A DNA stretch of 54,581 nucleotides, from the NCBI GenBank assembly GCA_009781115.1, contig WQYT01000002.1, positions 1 through 54,581 on the forward strand, read 5' to 3'. This document shows, in pieces, positions 17,317 to 27,471 of this stretch; the stretch's first letter is position 1, and every line of letters starts with the position of its first letter. Source of the DNA: Coriobacteriia bacterium. GTDB lineage: Bacteria > Actinomycetota > Coriobacteriia > WRKU01 > WQUG01. The notes below the pieces were generated by a model, which saw only the letters and a program-made list of their open reading frames with translations, was not told the DNA's origin and made no database searches. The translations under genes and the position numbers were made by a program.

Positions 17317-17468
17317 AGGTTAAAACTGCTCCTTTTGAGCGTCAGTGGCTAAGCGCTATTTCCGATTTCAAGTATAGCAAAATCACTTTAGAGCTTCTCG
17401 CCACAGATAACGCGAAATAAACGGCGCCCCGTGTAACGAGAGGACAGTCCCCCTGTCACCACCTGCTG

Positions 17469-17497
17469 ATGACAAACACCCGCGAGGTGATTGTCAT
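17469..17497. repeat. TGACAA...TTGTCA palindrome relative (ATGACAAACACCCGCGAGGTGATTGTCAT)
   Basis: 11-bp arms with one mismatch, immediately 3' of the xerC stop. A small GACAGtccccCTGTC hairpin lies at 17443-17457. Confidence 0.6.
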
Positions 17498-17498
17498 C

Positions 17499-18425
17499 TT
17501 ACGCGCGGGGGTGGGCCTGGTGGTAGACCTCTTTGAGGCGGCGGGCGGAGAGGTGGGTGTAGATTTGGGTGGTCGAGAGGTTGGCGTGGCCTAAGAGTTC
17601 CTGGACGCTGCGCAGGTCAAGGCCCTCGTCGAGCAGGTCGGTCGCAAAGCTGTGGCGCAGGCTGTGGGGACTGAGCGTGACCGTGATGCCCGCCAGCGTC
17701 GCGTAGCGGTGGACGATTCGCCGGATCGCGTCAGCAGAAAGCGCGTTGCCCCGCGTTGACAGGAAGAGCGCTGCCGGGGTCGGGGCCAGGGTCGGAAGCG
17801 GGGTCTTGCTCTGTTTGGCAAGCAGCGCCGGGCGCACCTGCGCCTCGTAGTCACGGAGTTTTGTCAGCGCCAGCGGGTGCAGGGGCACAAAGCGCTCCTT
17901 ACTCCCCTTGCCCAACAGACGCACGCGACCGGAATCGTAATCGATGTCTGCGTGCACAATCCCGGCGGCCTCCGAGACGCGCGCGCCGGTCGCGTAAAGG
18001 AATTCCAACAGCGCGCTGTCGCGCTGTCCCGCCAGGGTTGACTCGTCAACGACGTCAAGAAGCCCCTGCAACTCGTCGTTATTCAGGGCTTTGGGCAGAT
18101 GGCGACCCAGTTTAGGGGACTGAAGGAGCTCCGCCGGGCTCAGCTCCCGCAGGTCCTTTTCTGCCAGAAAGGCATAAAACGCACGCAGGCAGGCCATTTT
18201 GCGCGCGATTGTGGTTCGCGCATAGCGCGCGGCGTCAAGCTCTGCCAGGTAGCCGCGCAGGTTGCGGTAGTCGATGTCCATCAGGTCATACTGATTGCGC
18301 TCGCCCCAGTCGGCGTAAGCCGCCAAGTCGCTTGCATAAGAGGTCACCGTATGCTCAGAAAGGCCGCGAATATCACGCAACTCCGTCAGAAACGCGGTGA
18401 TCTGCGTGTCAATGGCTGGCGCCAT
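17499..18425 (-). CDS. xerC: Tyrosine recombinase XerC/XerD family
   Basis: C-terminal HSLRHSFATDLL..LLGHANLSTTQIYTH. The start was set to the ATG at 18425, which forms a TGATG overlap with the trmFO stop. The track ORF extends to 18455. Confidence 0.85.
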   Translation of the reverse strand: MAPAIDTQITAFLTELRDIRGLSEHTVTSYASDLAAYADWGERNQYDLMDIDYRNLRGYLAELDAARYARTTIARKMACLRAFYAFLAEKDLRELSPAELLQSPKLGRHLPKALNNDELQGLLDVVDESTLAGQRDSALLEFLYATGARVSEAAGIVHADIDYDSGRVRLLGKGSKERFVPLHPLALTKLRDYEAQVRPALLAKQSKTPLPTLAPTPAALFLSTRGNALSADAIRRIVHRYATLAGITVTLSPHSLRHSFATDLLDEGLDLRSVQELLGHANLSTTQIYTHLSARRLKEVYHQAHPRA

Positions 18426-19747
18426 CAGAACAGCTCCGGGCGGACGTCGCGCCACTGGGCCATCGCTTGCAGCGCGCGCTCGTGGTAGACGCGGTAGCGT
18501 TCCTGTTTGTTGCGTACGCGCGGCGTCAGCGCCTCGATGATGCCGTAGTTGACGTGCATCGGCTGGTAGTCGGTCGTGGCGGGATCAGTTGCGTAGCGCA
18601 TGAGCGCCCCCAGCGTAGTTGCGGGCGTCGGGAGCTCTGGGGGGCTGTCGCCCCGCAGACGCGCCGTGATCATGAGCGCTGCGAGCAGCCCGCCGCCGAT
18701 TGCTTCAAGGTAGCCTTCGGTGCCCATCAGCTGGCCGGCCACGTGCAACTGCGGCGCGGCGCGCAGCGAGAGATCCGGCGCCAGGACCTGAGGGGCATCC
18801 AGAAAGGTGTTGCGATGCATGACCCCATAGCGGTAAAACTCCGCGTGTTCCAACCCGGGCAGCATTGAGAAGACCCGGCGTTGTTCCGGAAAGGTCAGGT
18901 TGGTCTGAAAGCCCACCAGGTTGTAGGCGCTACGATCTGAGTTTTCCGCGCGCAACTGCACGAGCGCATAAGGCCAGCGCCCGGTGCGCGGGTCATCGAT
19001 ACCCACGGGTTTGAGCGCTCCAAAACGCAGCGCGTCGGGGCCGCTGCGCGCCACTTCCTCGATGGGCTGGCAGGCCGCAAAGAGATCACGACGGCGGTCG
19101 AAGTCACGCAGGATCGTGCGCTGCGCGCCGATGAGCGCCTCATAAAAACGCTCGTATTCTGCCTTGTCCAGGGCGATGTTTAAGTAGTCGGCGCCTCCTT
19201 TGCCCCGCCGCGATGCCGCAAACAGACGGCTTGCGTCCAGGCTGTCAGCGCTGAGAATGGGGGCTGCCGCATCATAGAAGGCGAGCGTATCGCTGCCGAC
19301 CAGGCGGCGCAGAGCGCCCGAGAGCGCCTCGGAAGTCAAGGGGCCCGTGGCGATGAGCGTCAGGCGCGCGGGGTCAAGCTCGCAAGCCTCTCCCTGCTGG
19401 CACGTGATGAGCGGTTCTGCCTCGACCGCGGCGGTGACCGCTGCGGCAAAGGCGTCACGGTCAACAGCCAGAGCGCTGCCTGCGGCAACCGCATGTATGC
19501 GCGCCAGCGGCAGAAGGCATGAGCCCAGCAGGTCAAGCTCAGCTTTCAAGGTGCCGGTCGCGGTGCCGGCTTCCTGGCTTTTCAGGGAGTTTGAACAGAC
19601 CAGCTCCGCGCAGAGCCCCGTGCGGTGCGCGGGCGTCAGTTTTTCGGGACGCATTTCCTGCAAAGTCACGCTGATACCGCGGCGCGCCAGCTGCAAGGCC
19701 GCCTCGCTACCCGCCAGTCCGGCGCCTATGATCAGCACTTCACCCAT
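18425..19747 (-). CDS. trmFO: Methylenetetrahydrofolate--tRNA-(uracil-5)-methyltransferase TrmFO
   Basis: IIGAGLAGSEAA..ELVCSNSLKS, length 440 aa. Confidence 0.88.
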   Translation of the reverse strand: MGEVLIIGAGLAGSEAALQLARRGISVTLQEMRPEKLTPAHRTGLCAELVCSNSLKSQEAGTATGTLKAELDLLGSCLLPLARIHAVAAGSALAVDRDAFAAAVTAAVEAEPLITCQQGEACELDPARLTLIATGPLTSEALSGALRRLVGSDTLAFYDAAAPILSADSLDASRLFAASRRGKGGADYLNIALDKAEYERFYEALIGAQRTILRDFDRRRDLFAACQPIEEVARSGPDALRFGALKPVGIDDPRTGRWPYALVQLRAENSDRSAYNLVGFQTNLTFPEQRRVFSMLPGLEHAEFYRYGVMHRNTFLDAPQVLAPDLSLRAAPQLHVAGQLMGTEGYLEAIGGGLLAALMITARLRGDSPPELPTPATTLGALMRYATDPATTDYQPMHVNYGIIEALTPRVRNKQERYRVYHERALQAMAQWRDVRPELF

Positions 19748-19764
19748 ACCGCTCTTGCATAAGA

Positions 19765-19797
19765 CACACGAGAAACCCCCGCCAGAACGGCGGGGGT
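19765..19797 (-). terminator. Rho-independent terminator-like hairpin after the small cassette
   Basis: The minus-strand RNA reads ACCCCCGCC-guucu-GGCGGGGGU, followed by UUCUCGUGUGUCUU. The stem is 9 bp and GC-rich. Confidence 0.55.
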
Positions 19798-19803
19798 CAT
19801 CAT

Positions 19804-20103
19804 CTAAACGGTCGCGTTGACGACCGCGTTGACAGCCGTGCCCAGCGCCGCCGGCTCAGCGCGGCGCTTCTCCCAGTACTCTTCATCAGTTGGCACGTAG
19901 ACATCCGGCTCCGGATCTTCGACCTCAAAGGCGCCCACACCAAACAGATACCCATCCCAGGTTTCTGGAATGTCTTCCTGGTAGCTGTCATCCACAATAC
20001 GATAGCATGCTATGTCGCCAAGATGATCCGTAGCTAAAACCTGGTAAATCTTACCCTGAGTCAAGGTAGCCGGAAGGGTTTTTTCTCTGTAGCGCACTTT
20101 CAT
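19804..20103 (-). CDS. Small acidic hypothetical protein (immunity-protein-like candidate)
   Basis: 99-aa ORF with a D/E-rich core (YRIVDDSYQEDIPETWDGYLF..FEVEDPEPD). It starts 1 nt after the upstream small ORF and lies in a visibly low-GC stretch. Confidence 0.5.
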   Translation of the reverse strand: MKVRYREKTLPATLTQGKIYQVLATDHLGDIACYRIVDDSYQEDIPETWDGYLFGVGAFEVEDPEPDVYVPTDEEYWEKRRAEPAALGTAVNAVVNATV

Positions 20104-20104
20104 T

Positions 20105-20398
20105 TTAAAACCTCGTTTTCACTTTCATATCAATAAGTCTAACATGCCCGCCGGTCTCATACCAATGCGCTTCCACACGAGTAAGGACGCCTTTTATCGG
20201 AATGGTAAGTTCACCTCGTACTTTCATGATCCTATCAGCGGACAAACCAAATTCACGTTGCAATAAAAAACGATCCTTAACCTCCCTGTTGGTCCCGGGT
20301 CCGGCAAATACCCTGATTTTTGTTATCTCTGTCCCTGCAGGAACCGTAATGCGGATTCCGTCCTCAAGTCTGATTTTCAGATTTTTATACGTTCTCAT
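20105..20398 (-). CDS. Small basic hypothetical protein (stand-alone toxin-domain-like candidate)
   Basis: 97-aa ORF in low-GC sequence. Its ATG overlaps the dprA stop (ATGA). The motifs FAGPGT and EAHWYETGGHV recall the C-terminal modules appended to phage head-morphogenesis proteins and polymorphic toxins. That resemblance is from memory only. Confidence 0.45.
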   Translation of the reverse strand: MRTYKNLKIRLEDGIRITVPAGTEITKIRVFAGPGTNREVKDRFLLQREFGLSADRIMKVRGELTIPIKGVLTRVEAHWYETGGHVRLIDMKVKTRF

Positions 20399-21429
20399 AC
20401 CAATGCTCCTGGATGCACGTGGGCGCGCCTCAGGAGCTCTTCTGAGCTGAGGCCGTAGCGGCCATCGGGATAGCGAGTGACGGTCCCTTCCACTTCTGCG
20501 CGGCTGCAGCGCAGCATCACTTCGCGGACCTCAAGGGCGAGGTCACGCGCCAGCTCCTCAAGGCTTGCCGGTTGCGCGCCGAGCGCGCGCAGGACCTCGT
20601 CGTCTGGGGCCACCGGCAAGCTGAGCTGGCGCGGGTCCTCGCCACCGGGGCAGCTCTCGCCTGCCTCCGGCCCCGGAAGAGGCGCGCCGCCACGCGGCGC
20701 ATCGGCGGGCAAAAAGCGCGCGGCGGCGCTTTCCAGGTCAGCGCGGCACGTCAGGGGAAGCGCGCCCTCGCCGATGAAGCGATTCGGCGCCTCTGACTCG
20801 GCACAAAAGATCGAACCAGGCACCGCCGCCAGACCAACCCCTAAGCTCAGCGCGTGCTCGACGGTAGAAAACGTACCGCTCGGGATGCGTGCTTCGACCA
20901 CGACGACAAACTGGCTGAGCGCCGCGATGAGCCAGTTGCGCTCCCGGAAGCGGTAGGCCGCCGGCGGCGTCCCCCAGCCATACTTGGAGATCACGCAACC
21001 CTGCGCAGCGATCCGGTCAAGCAGCGCCGCTGCGCGCGTGGGATAGACGACATCTGCCCCGCAACCCAGGACCGCAACGGTCAGGCCGCCTGCCTCAAGC
21101 GCGCCGCGATGCGCCGCCTGATCACAGCCCCGCGCACAGCCGGAATACACCGTCAGCCCCATATCGGCCGCCCAGGTCGCCACCGCTTTTGCCGCGCTGA
21201 TGCCATAGGGCGTCGCGTTGCGCGCGCCGATGACAGCGACGCCCGGACGCATCGCCGCTGCGTCTCCCCGCCCGTAGAGCAGGTCCGGCGCCGCTTCAAA
21301 ATCCAGCAGCTGGGCGGGATAAAGCTCATCTGCGCGCTCCAGCTCAAAGCGGTCTGGCGCCGCAGCAGGCTTTAACGCGCGCGCGGCGCCAGCAGATGTT
21401 GCTCCTTCTGTTTGTGTAATAGTTTCCAT
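20395..21429 (-). CDS. dprA: DNA-processing protein DprA (Smf)
   Basis: GARNATPYG, VYSGCARGCDQAAHRGAL, VLGCGADVVYP, and a C-terminal wHTH-like region. Confidence 0.88.
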   Translation of the reverse strand: METITQTEGATSAGAARALKPAAAPDRFELERADELYPAQLLDFEAAPDLLYGRGDAAAMRPGVAVIGARNATPYGISAAKAVATWAADMGLTVYSGCARGCDQAAHRGALEAGGLTVAVLGCGADVVYPTRAAALLDRIAAQGCVISKYGWGTPPAAYRFRERNWLIAALSQFVVVVEARIPSGTFSTVEHALSLGVGLAAVPGSIFCAESEAPNRFIGEGALPLTCRADLESAAARFLPADAPRGGAPLPGPEAGESCPGGEDPRQLSLPVAPDDEVLRALGAQPASLEELARDLALEVREVMLRCSRAEVEGTVTRYPDGRYGLSSEELLRRAHVHPGALV

Positions 21430-21446
21430 TACGGTCCCTCTCTTTC

Positions 21447-22937
21447 TCAGAACTGTTCCAGTGTGCTGACGCGATAGGACAGCGCCTCGATCAGGTGCTC
21501 CTCGCCTGCGCGGTCGCGCTGATCCAGGTCAGCTATGGTGCGCGCAACCCGCAGGATACGCACGATCGCGCGCGGAGAGAGCAGCAGGCGCCGTGCGCTG
21601 CGCTTCAGGCAGCCCAAAGCCTCCGGTGTGATGAGGTGCGCCGCGCAGAGCTCATCGCGCTGGAGCTCACGCACGGGCGCCATCGCGCGACGGGCGGCAA
21701 ACGTTCGCGCCCCGACTACCTGCTTTCGCAGATCAGCAGAGTTGCTTCGATCTTTTGCCTCCTTCTCAAACAGCCCGTCCACCGGTGGGCGGCTGGCGTA
21801 AAGAATCATGTCAAAACGGTCAATGAGCGGGCCGCCGATGCGATTCTGGTAGTGCCGGATATCAGCGGGAGAGCAGTGACATTTCCTCTCCTTGTCGCCA
21901 AAGTAGCCGCAGGGGCAGGGGTTTGCCGCGCCGACCAGCATGACGCGCGCCGGCAGGGTCACCGTTTCTTGAGCGCGCACGATGCGCAGACAACCGCTCT
22001 CAAGGGGCTGGCGCAGGCTTTGCAGGGTCCCGCGTGAAAACTGCGGCATTTCGTCTAAGAACAGCACGCCGTTATGCGCAAGCGTGATCTCGCCGGGGCG
22101 GATCGGCGTGCCTCCGCCAACAACCCCGACCGTCGTCGCGCTGTGATGCGGGCTGCGAAACGGCCTCTGCGTGGCGGGCTGGTCGTAGAGTTCACCGGCA
22201 ATCGAGCGCACCAGCGCGGTCTCGATAAACTCGTCACGGTCCATCGGGGGCAAAATCGTTGGCAGGCGCGAGGCCAGCATCGTCTTGCCCGTCCCCGGCG
22301 GCCCAATCAAAAGCACGTTGAACTGCCCGGCTGCCGCTACGGTCAGTGCGCGGATGACCTGCGCCTGACCGATAACTTCAGAAAAGTCGTTTTGGTAGCG
22401 CAGGGTTTCGATCGCGGCCTCCTGGCCGCTTATCTCCTGCTCGCGGAGCTCCCCCAGTTTACTTAAGTGCCCCAGAGCCAGCGCGCGGCACGCAATGATC
22501 CCGGTAAGCTGCTGAGGCCGAGGGGTAAGCAGGACCAGCCCCTTCTTGCTGGCCAGGCGCGCGTAGGAGACCAGACCGTCTACGGTCGAGACCTGTCCGC
22601 GCAGACCCAGCTCCCCCACCATGAGCATCTGGTCATGATGGGCGAGTTGAACCTGGCCGCTTGCAATGAGGATGCCGATCGCCATCGCCAGATCAAAGCC
22701 AGTGCCATGCTTGTGGAGCAGCGCAGGCGCAAGATTGACGGTGATACAGCTGCTGGGAAGCCTGAAACCACAGGACCGCAGCGCCGAGGTAACGCGCTGG
22801 CGGGCTTCTTTGACCGCCACGTCTCCCATGCCCACAATATGAAACGCAGGCAGCCCGGAAGCAATGTGGACCTGGACCTCAACGGGGATTGCTTCGATGC
22901 CCGCCAGTGTGGCTGTTTTGAGTTCGCAGTACATCAC
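21447..22937 (-). CDS. comM: YifB/ComM family Mg-chelatase-like AAA ATPase
   Basis: N-terminal Lon-protease-like domain, GPPGTGKTM, GVLFLDE, and a CxCG zinc motif. Confidence 0.9.
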   Translation of the reverse strand: MMYCELKTATLAGIEAIPVEVQVHIASGLPAFHIVGMGDVAVKEARQRVTSALRSCGFRLPSSCITVNLAPALLHKHGTGFDLAMAIGILIASGQVQLAHHDQMLMVGELGLRGQVSTVDGLVSYARLASKKGLVLLTPRPQQLTGIIACRALALGHLSKLGELREQEISGQEAAIETLRYQNDFSEVIGQAQVIRALTVAAAGQFNVLLIGPPGTGKTMLASRLPTILPPMDRDEFIETALVRSIAGELYDQPATQRPFRSPHHSATTVGVVGGGTPIRPGEITLAHNGVLFLDEMPQFSRGTLQSLRQPLESGCLRIVRAQETVTLPARVMLVGAANPCPCGYFGDKERKCHCSPADIRHYQNRIGGPLIDRFDMILYASRPPVDGLFEKEAKDRSNSADLRKQVVGARTFAARRAMAPVRELQRDELCAAHLITPEALGCLKRSARRLLLSPRAIVRILRVARTIADLDQRDRAGEEHLIEALSYRVSTLEQF

Positions 22938-23347
22938 AGGACCTCGACTAACGGAAAGGCGCCTTTCAGGAGCGTGATTTGCGCGCGATGCTCTCCGGTG
23001 ACCAAAATGCTTACCGCGTCAAAACGCGCGGCGCAGTCGGTATCGGCATACTGGTTGAGCCAAAGCATCGCCAACCGGCTGTACTTCTGTTGCTTTTTGA
23101 GCGTGATTGCCTCTGCGGGCTGCCCGGCGCGTACGCTCTTGCGTGTTTTCACCTCGCAAAATACGATCGTGTCGCCATCGCGGGTGATCAGATCGACTTC
23201 CCCAAAACGGCACCGCCAGTTCTGCGCGATGATGTGCTGGCCGATCCCCTGAAGAAATACCGCCGCGGCTTCTTCGCCGCGTCGTCCCAGTTCCCGCCGT
23301 GTTTCTGTGCTTGTGTTCGTCATGTTCAACACCTCCGGCACAATCAT
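22934..23347 (-). CDS. yraN: YraN family endonuclease-like protein (UPF0102)
   Basis: GEEAAAVFL..NWRCRFGEVDLI..VFCEVKTR. Confidence 0.85.
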   Translation of the reverse strand: MIVPEVLNMTNTSTETRRELGRRGEEAAAVFLQGIGQHIIAQNWRCRFGEVDLITRDGDTIVFCEVKTRKSVRAGQPAEAITLKKQQKYSRLAMLWLNQYADTDCAARFDAVSILVTGEHRAQITLLKGAFPLVEVL

Positions 23348-23437
23348 GCCAAAAGGGTCTTACCATCTTCTTACCCTTTTCTTACCAGAAACGGGCTCAT
23401 TTGAGGGTCGCAAGGCTCTGACCTGCGGTTTTAGTGT

Positions 23438-24001
23438 TTAGAAGAGCGTGGGGTTTACAAATTCTCCACAAAAGGAGCGCCGGTGGAGGGGCGTCAGGCC
23501 ACGTTCGCGGATCGCAGCCGCGTGCTCGGCGGTCCCGTAACCCTTATTATGGGCCAGCCCATAGCCCGGATAGGCCTGGTCAGCCTCGCGCATGAGCGCG
23601 TCGCGCTGGACTTTTGCCAGCACGGAAGCGGCGGCAATACAGGCGATTTTGCCATCGCCTTTTACTATGGCTTGTTCCTGCGGCCAGAGTGCCAGCGGGC
23701 GCCCGTCCAGCAAGATGACATCAGGTTTAAGGCCCAGGCCAGCCACCGCCTCGCGCATCGCCTGCTTCAGGGCAAACATGATGCCGTGGGCGTCGATGAC
23801 GTCAGCAGAAACGTGCGCCACATGCCAGGCGCGCGCACGGGCGCGCAGCGTTGCCGCGACTTCCTCACGGCGCTTCTCGCTGAGCTTCTTGGAATCGTTG
23901 AGATGCGGGATCTCACTGTCGGGATCAAGCACGCAGGCCCCGGCGCTTACCGGGCCAGCCAGCGGCCCGCGCCCTACCTCGTCAACGCCAGCCACCACCA
24001 C
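23438..24001 (-). CDS. rnhB: Ribonuclease HII
   Basis: VAGVDEVGRGPLAGPV, DSKKLS, ASVLAK. The start is a GTG. The frame stays open upstream to the rplS stop but contains no ATG, GTG or TTG. Confidence 0.88.
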   Translation of the reverse strand: MVVAGVDEVGRGPLAGPVSAGACVLDPDSEIPHLNDSKKLSEKRREEVAATLRARARAWHVAHVSADVIDAHGIMFALKQAMREAVAGLGLKPDVILLDGRPLALWPQEQAIVKGDGKIACIAAASVLAKVQRDALMREADQAYPGYGLAHNKGYGTAEHAAAIRERGLTPLHRRSFCGEFVNPTLF

Positions 24002-24068
24002 GGCGCCGGTGCCATAAAGCTCCCGTTCATAGGCAAAGAGCGCCCTGAGGCGCTCCTGTTCCTGCTCT

Positions 24069-24413
24069 TTAATAGCCTTTTTCCTTGAGGCGGGCTGCTT
24101 TTCCTACTTTGTCGCGCAGGAAGTAGAGCTTGGCGCGACGGACTTTGCCGCGGCCACTGATCTCGATCTTGTCGATCTTTGGGGAGTTTACCGGAAACGT
24201 TCTCTCGACCCCTACCCCAAAGCTGATCTTGCGGACCGTAAAGGTCTCACGGCTGGTTTCGCCCTGGCGTCGTATCACGCGGCCCTCAAAGACCTGGATA
24301 CGCTCGCGAGAGCCTTCGATGATCTTATAAGAGACCTTGACGTTATCACCTACGCGAAAATCAGTCAGGTCGGTACGGATCTGCTGTTGTTCGATGGCGC
24401 GGACCATATCCAT
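24069..24413 (-). CDS. rplS: 50S ribosomal protein L19
   Basis: [35 protein letters not shown]. Confidence 0.95.
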   Translation of the reverse strand: MDMVRAIEQQQIRTDLTDFRVGDNVKVSYKIIEGSRERIQVFEGRVIRRQGETSRETFTVRKISFGVGVERTFPVNSPKIDKIEISGRGKVRRAKLYFLRDKVGKAARLKEKGY

Positions 24414-24475
24414 AATAAGTTCCTTTTCTTACTAATTCACGACGAAAAACGCTGAAAAATGCGCAACCATTTATT

Positions 24476-25093
24476 CTAAAGCATCGCCCTGCGAGCGTCA
24501 AGGACTTTAAGCGCCATTGGATAGGAATAACCCCGTGTTATCAGCCGTCTGAGCACCCGGTTGCGCTCTTTTTCTGAATCAACCGGCAGGCGCTGCACCA
24601 GCGCTAAGGCCGCGCAGTATTCATCATATGGGTCAGGACAGTAGCGCTCGTCATCGGGATCAAGCTCGATACCCTTGCGCGCCAGCTCTTTGACGATTCT
24701 GCCCCAGCCTTTTTTTGCACGCAGACCTGAATCTACGTAATTGCTGGTAAAGCGCTCATCGTCTACCAGGCTCAGCTCGACCAGGCGATCCACGGTCGCG
24801 TCGATTGCGCGCCCGTGATAGCCATCACGGGCCAGGCGCTCACGCAGCTCATGCGTGGTCTTATCACGCGCGTTTAAGATGCGCAGACAGCGCGCCATCG
24901 CTGCGGGCAGCTCTGCCTCATCGACCAGTTCGCGCAACTTGGCCCGGGAGTCAAAGCTGCTGCCCTCCTTGATAGCAAGCGCTGTCACCACCGCTTTAGG
25001 CAGCAGGTAGCCCTGCGGGTCTTCTGCGCCAAAAAGAAGCCGACAGGCCCGCTTATCGGGACCTGCCGGCTCTATTGTTACTACGACTAACAT
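24476..25093 (-). CDS. recX: Recombination regulator RecX
   Basis: Helical repeat protein directly downstream of recA (LNARDKTTHELRERL..VDDERF..). Confidence 0.8.
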   Translation of the reverse strand: MLVVVTIEPAGPDKRACRLLFGAEDPQGYLLPKAVVTALAIKEGSSFDSRAKLRELVDEAELPAAMARCLRILNARDKTTHELRERLARDGYHGRAIDATVDRLVELSLVDDERFTSNYVDSGLRAKKGWGRIVKELARKGIELDPDDERYCPDPYDEYCAALALVQRLPVDSEKERNRVLRRLITRGYSYPMALKVLDARRAML

Positions 25094-25127
25094 GGGTCAG
25101 GTCGCCCCTGAAGTATCTCTGCGACAA

Positions 25128-26216
<1,089 letters not shown>

Positions 26217-26263
26217 CGATCTCTCCGATTTCTATGGGTATTCCGACGAGAAAGCACCCTTAT

Positions 26264-26291
26264 CCTATACCGTACATCTGTCCGCTGTCAA
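26264..26291 (-). promoter_or_regulatory. Candidate sigma-70-type promoter for recA (TTGACA-16 nt-TATAGG)
   Basis: On the minus strand, TTGACA lies at 26291-26286 and TATAGG at 26269-26264. An SD (GGAGAG) lies before the ATG. I found no recognisable LexA/Cheo box. Confidence 0.4.
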
Positions 26292-26305
26292 GTCTTCCGC
26301 AGAAA

Positions 26306-26830
26306 TTACGCATCCAGGCGGTCGATCTGACCGCTGAGCTGCTCTAAGGCCGCCTTGACTGTGGCAAAGCGCACGCCGTCACGCCCTACCTCTCCAAAAG
26401 AATAGCAAACGGCTCGGACATCACTGCAGACGGCGCTTGCGACCCACACGGTACCCACGGCGCAGACATCCCCTGGCGCCGCCGGACCCGCCACGCCGGT
26501 CACTGCCAGCGCGCATTCCACCCCAAAACGCACGGCGGCGCCGGTGACCATCGCCACGGCAACTTCTTCAGACACCACGCCGCAGCGCTCAATCAGCTCA
26601 GCCGGCACGCCCAGCTGGGCGGTCTTCTGCGCGCTCTGATAGGTGATCAGCCCTCCGGCCACATACTCAGAGGAGCCGGCAACAGCCGTCAGCGCGGCCG
26701 CTATCGCGCCGCCGGTCAGAGACTCCGCCGTGGCCACGCGCCATCCGCGACCGCGCAGACGCGCGCCCAGCTCCTCTGCCCGGCGCACCAGCTCAGGGGC
26801 AACCAGCACACGATGACCGCTCAGTTCCAT
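26306..26830 (-). CDS. cinA: CinA C-terminal-domain protein / nicotinamide-nucleotide amidohydrolase PncC
   Basis: VATAESLTGGAIAAALT..GGLITYQS. Confidence 0.85.
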   Translation of the reverse strand: MELSGHRVLVAPELVRRAEELGARLRGRGWRVATAESLTGGAIAAALTAVAGSSEYVAGGLITYQSAQKTAQLGVPAELIERCGVVSEEVAVAMVTGAAVRFGVECALAVTGVAGPAAPGDVCAVGTVWVASAVCSDVRAVCYSFGEVGRDGVRFATVKAALEQLSGQIDRLDA

Positions 26831-27471
26831 GGCCCTTCCAGAGTGTTAAACGCATGCTTGAAATAGCTGATGAGAGAGATGATCGTAATAAGGACCGCCG
26901 CCGCCATCACGCACCATGAAGCCACATTAAACACCAGGGGCAGCTTGTGCGGCAGGGCAAGTATGGGCCGCGAATCCTTGACAATGAACATGCAGATTGC
27001 CACGATCTGCAAGTTGGTCTTGAGCTTGCCCAGCCAGGAGGCCGCGATGACGACCCCTTCGGCCGAAGCGATCATGCGCAGGCCACTCACAATGAACTCG
27101 CGCGCAATGATGATGAGCGCGATCCATGAGGGCAGGACGTTCATCTCGACCAGTCCCAGAAGCGCCGCCGTGATCAGAATTTTATCGGCGAGCGGATCAA
27201 TGAACTTGCCAAAGGTCGTGATCTCTCCACGGCTGCGGGCCAGATAGCCGTCCACGGCATCTGTTGCGGCAAGCACAGCAAAGACAGCGGTCGCGATCCA
27301 GGGGCGCAACACGTAGAGCAGGTATGAGCCGCCAAACAGCTTTGGCCAGGCAGACAGCAGGGCGACCAGGAAAAACGGGATCAGCAGGATGCGGGCCAGG
27401 GTGACGATATTTGCCGGCCCCAGACCGCGGTTCTCCCCCTTGGGGGATGCGTCACGCTGTTTCTTTTTCAT
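26821..27471 (-). CDS. pgsA: CDP-diacylglycerol--glycerol-3-phosphate 3-phosphatidyltransferase
   Basis: CDP-alcohol phosphotransferase motif DAVDGYLAR..G..DPLADK. Confidence 0.88.
   Translation of the reverse strand: MKKKQRDASPKGENRGLGPANIVTLARILLIPFFLVALLSAWPKLFGGSYLLYVLRPWIATAVFAVLAATDAVDGYLARSRGEITTFGKFIDPLADKILITAALLGLVEMNVLPSWIALIIIAREFIVSGLRMIASAEGVVIAASWLGKLKTNLQIVAICMFIVKDSRPILALPHKLPLVFNVASWCVMAAAVLITIISLISYFKHAFNTLEGPWN

Noticed and set aside
17499-18425. XerC-family recombinase as a mobile-element integrase
   Set aside because: Its trmFO-xerC coupling (TGATG overlap) and host-like composition match the housekeeping chromosome-dimer-resolution recombinase. There are no flanking att-like repeats or cargo genes.
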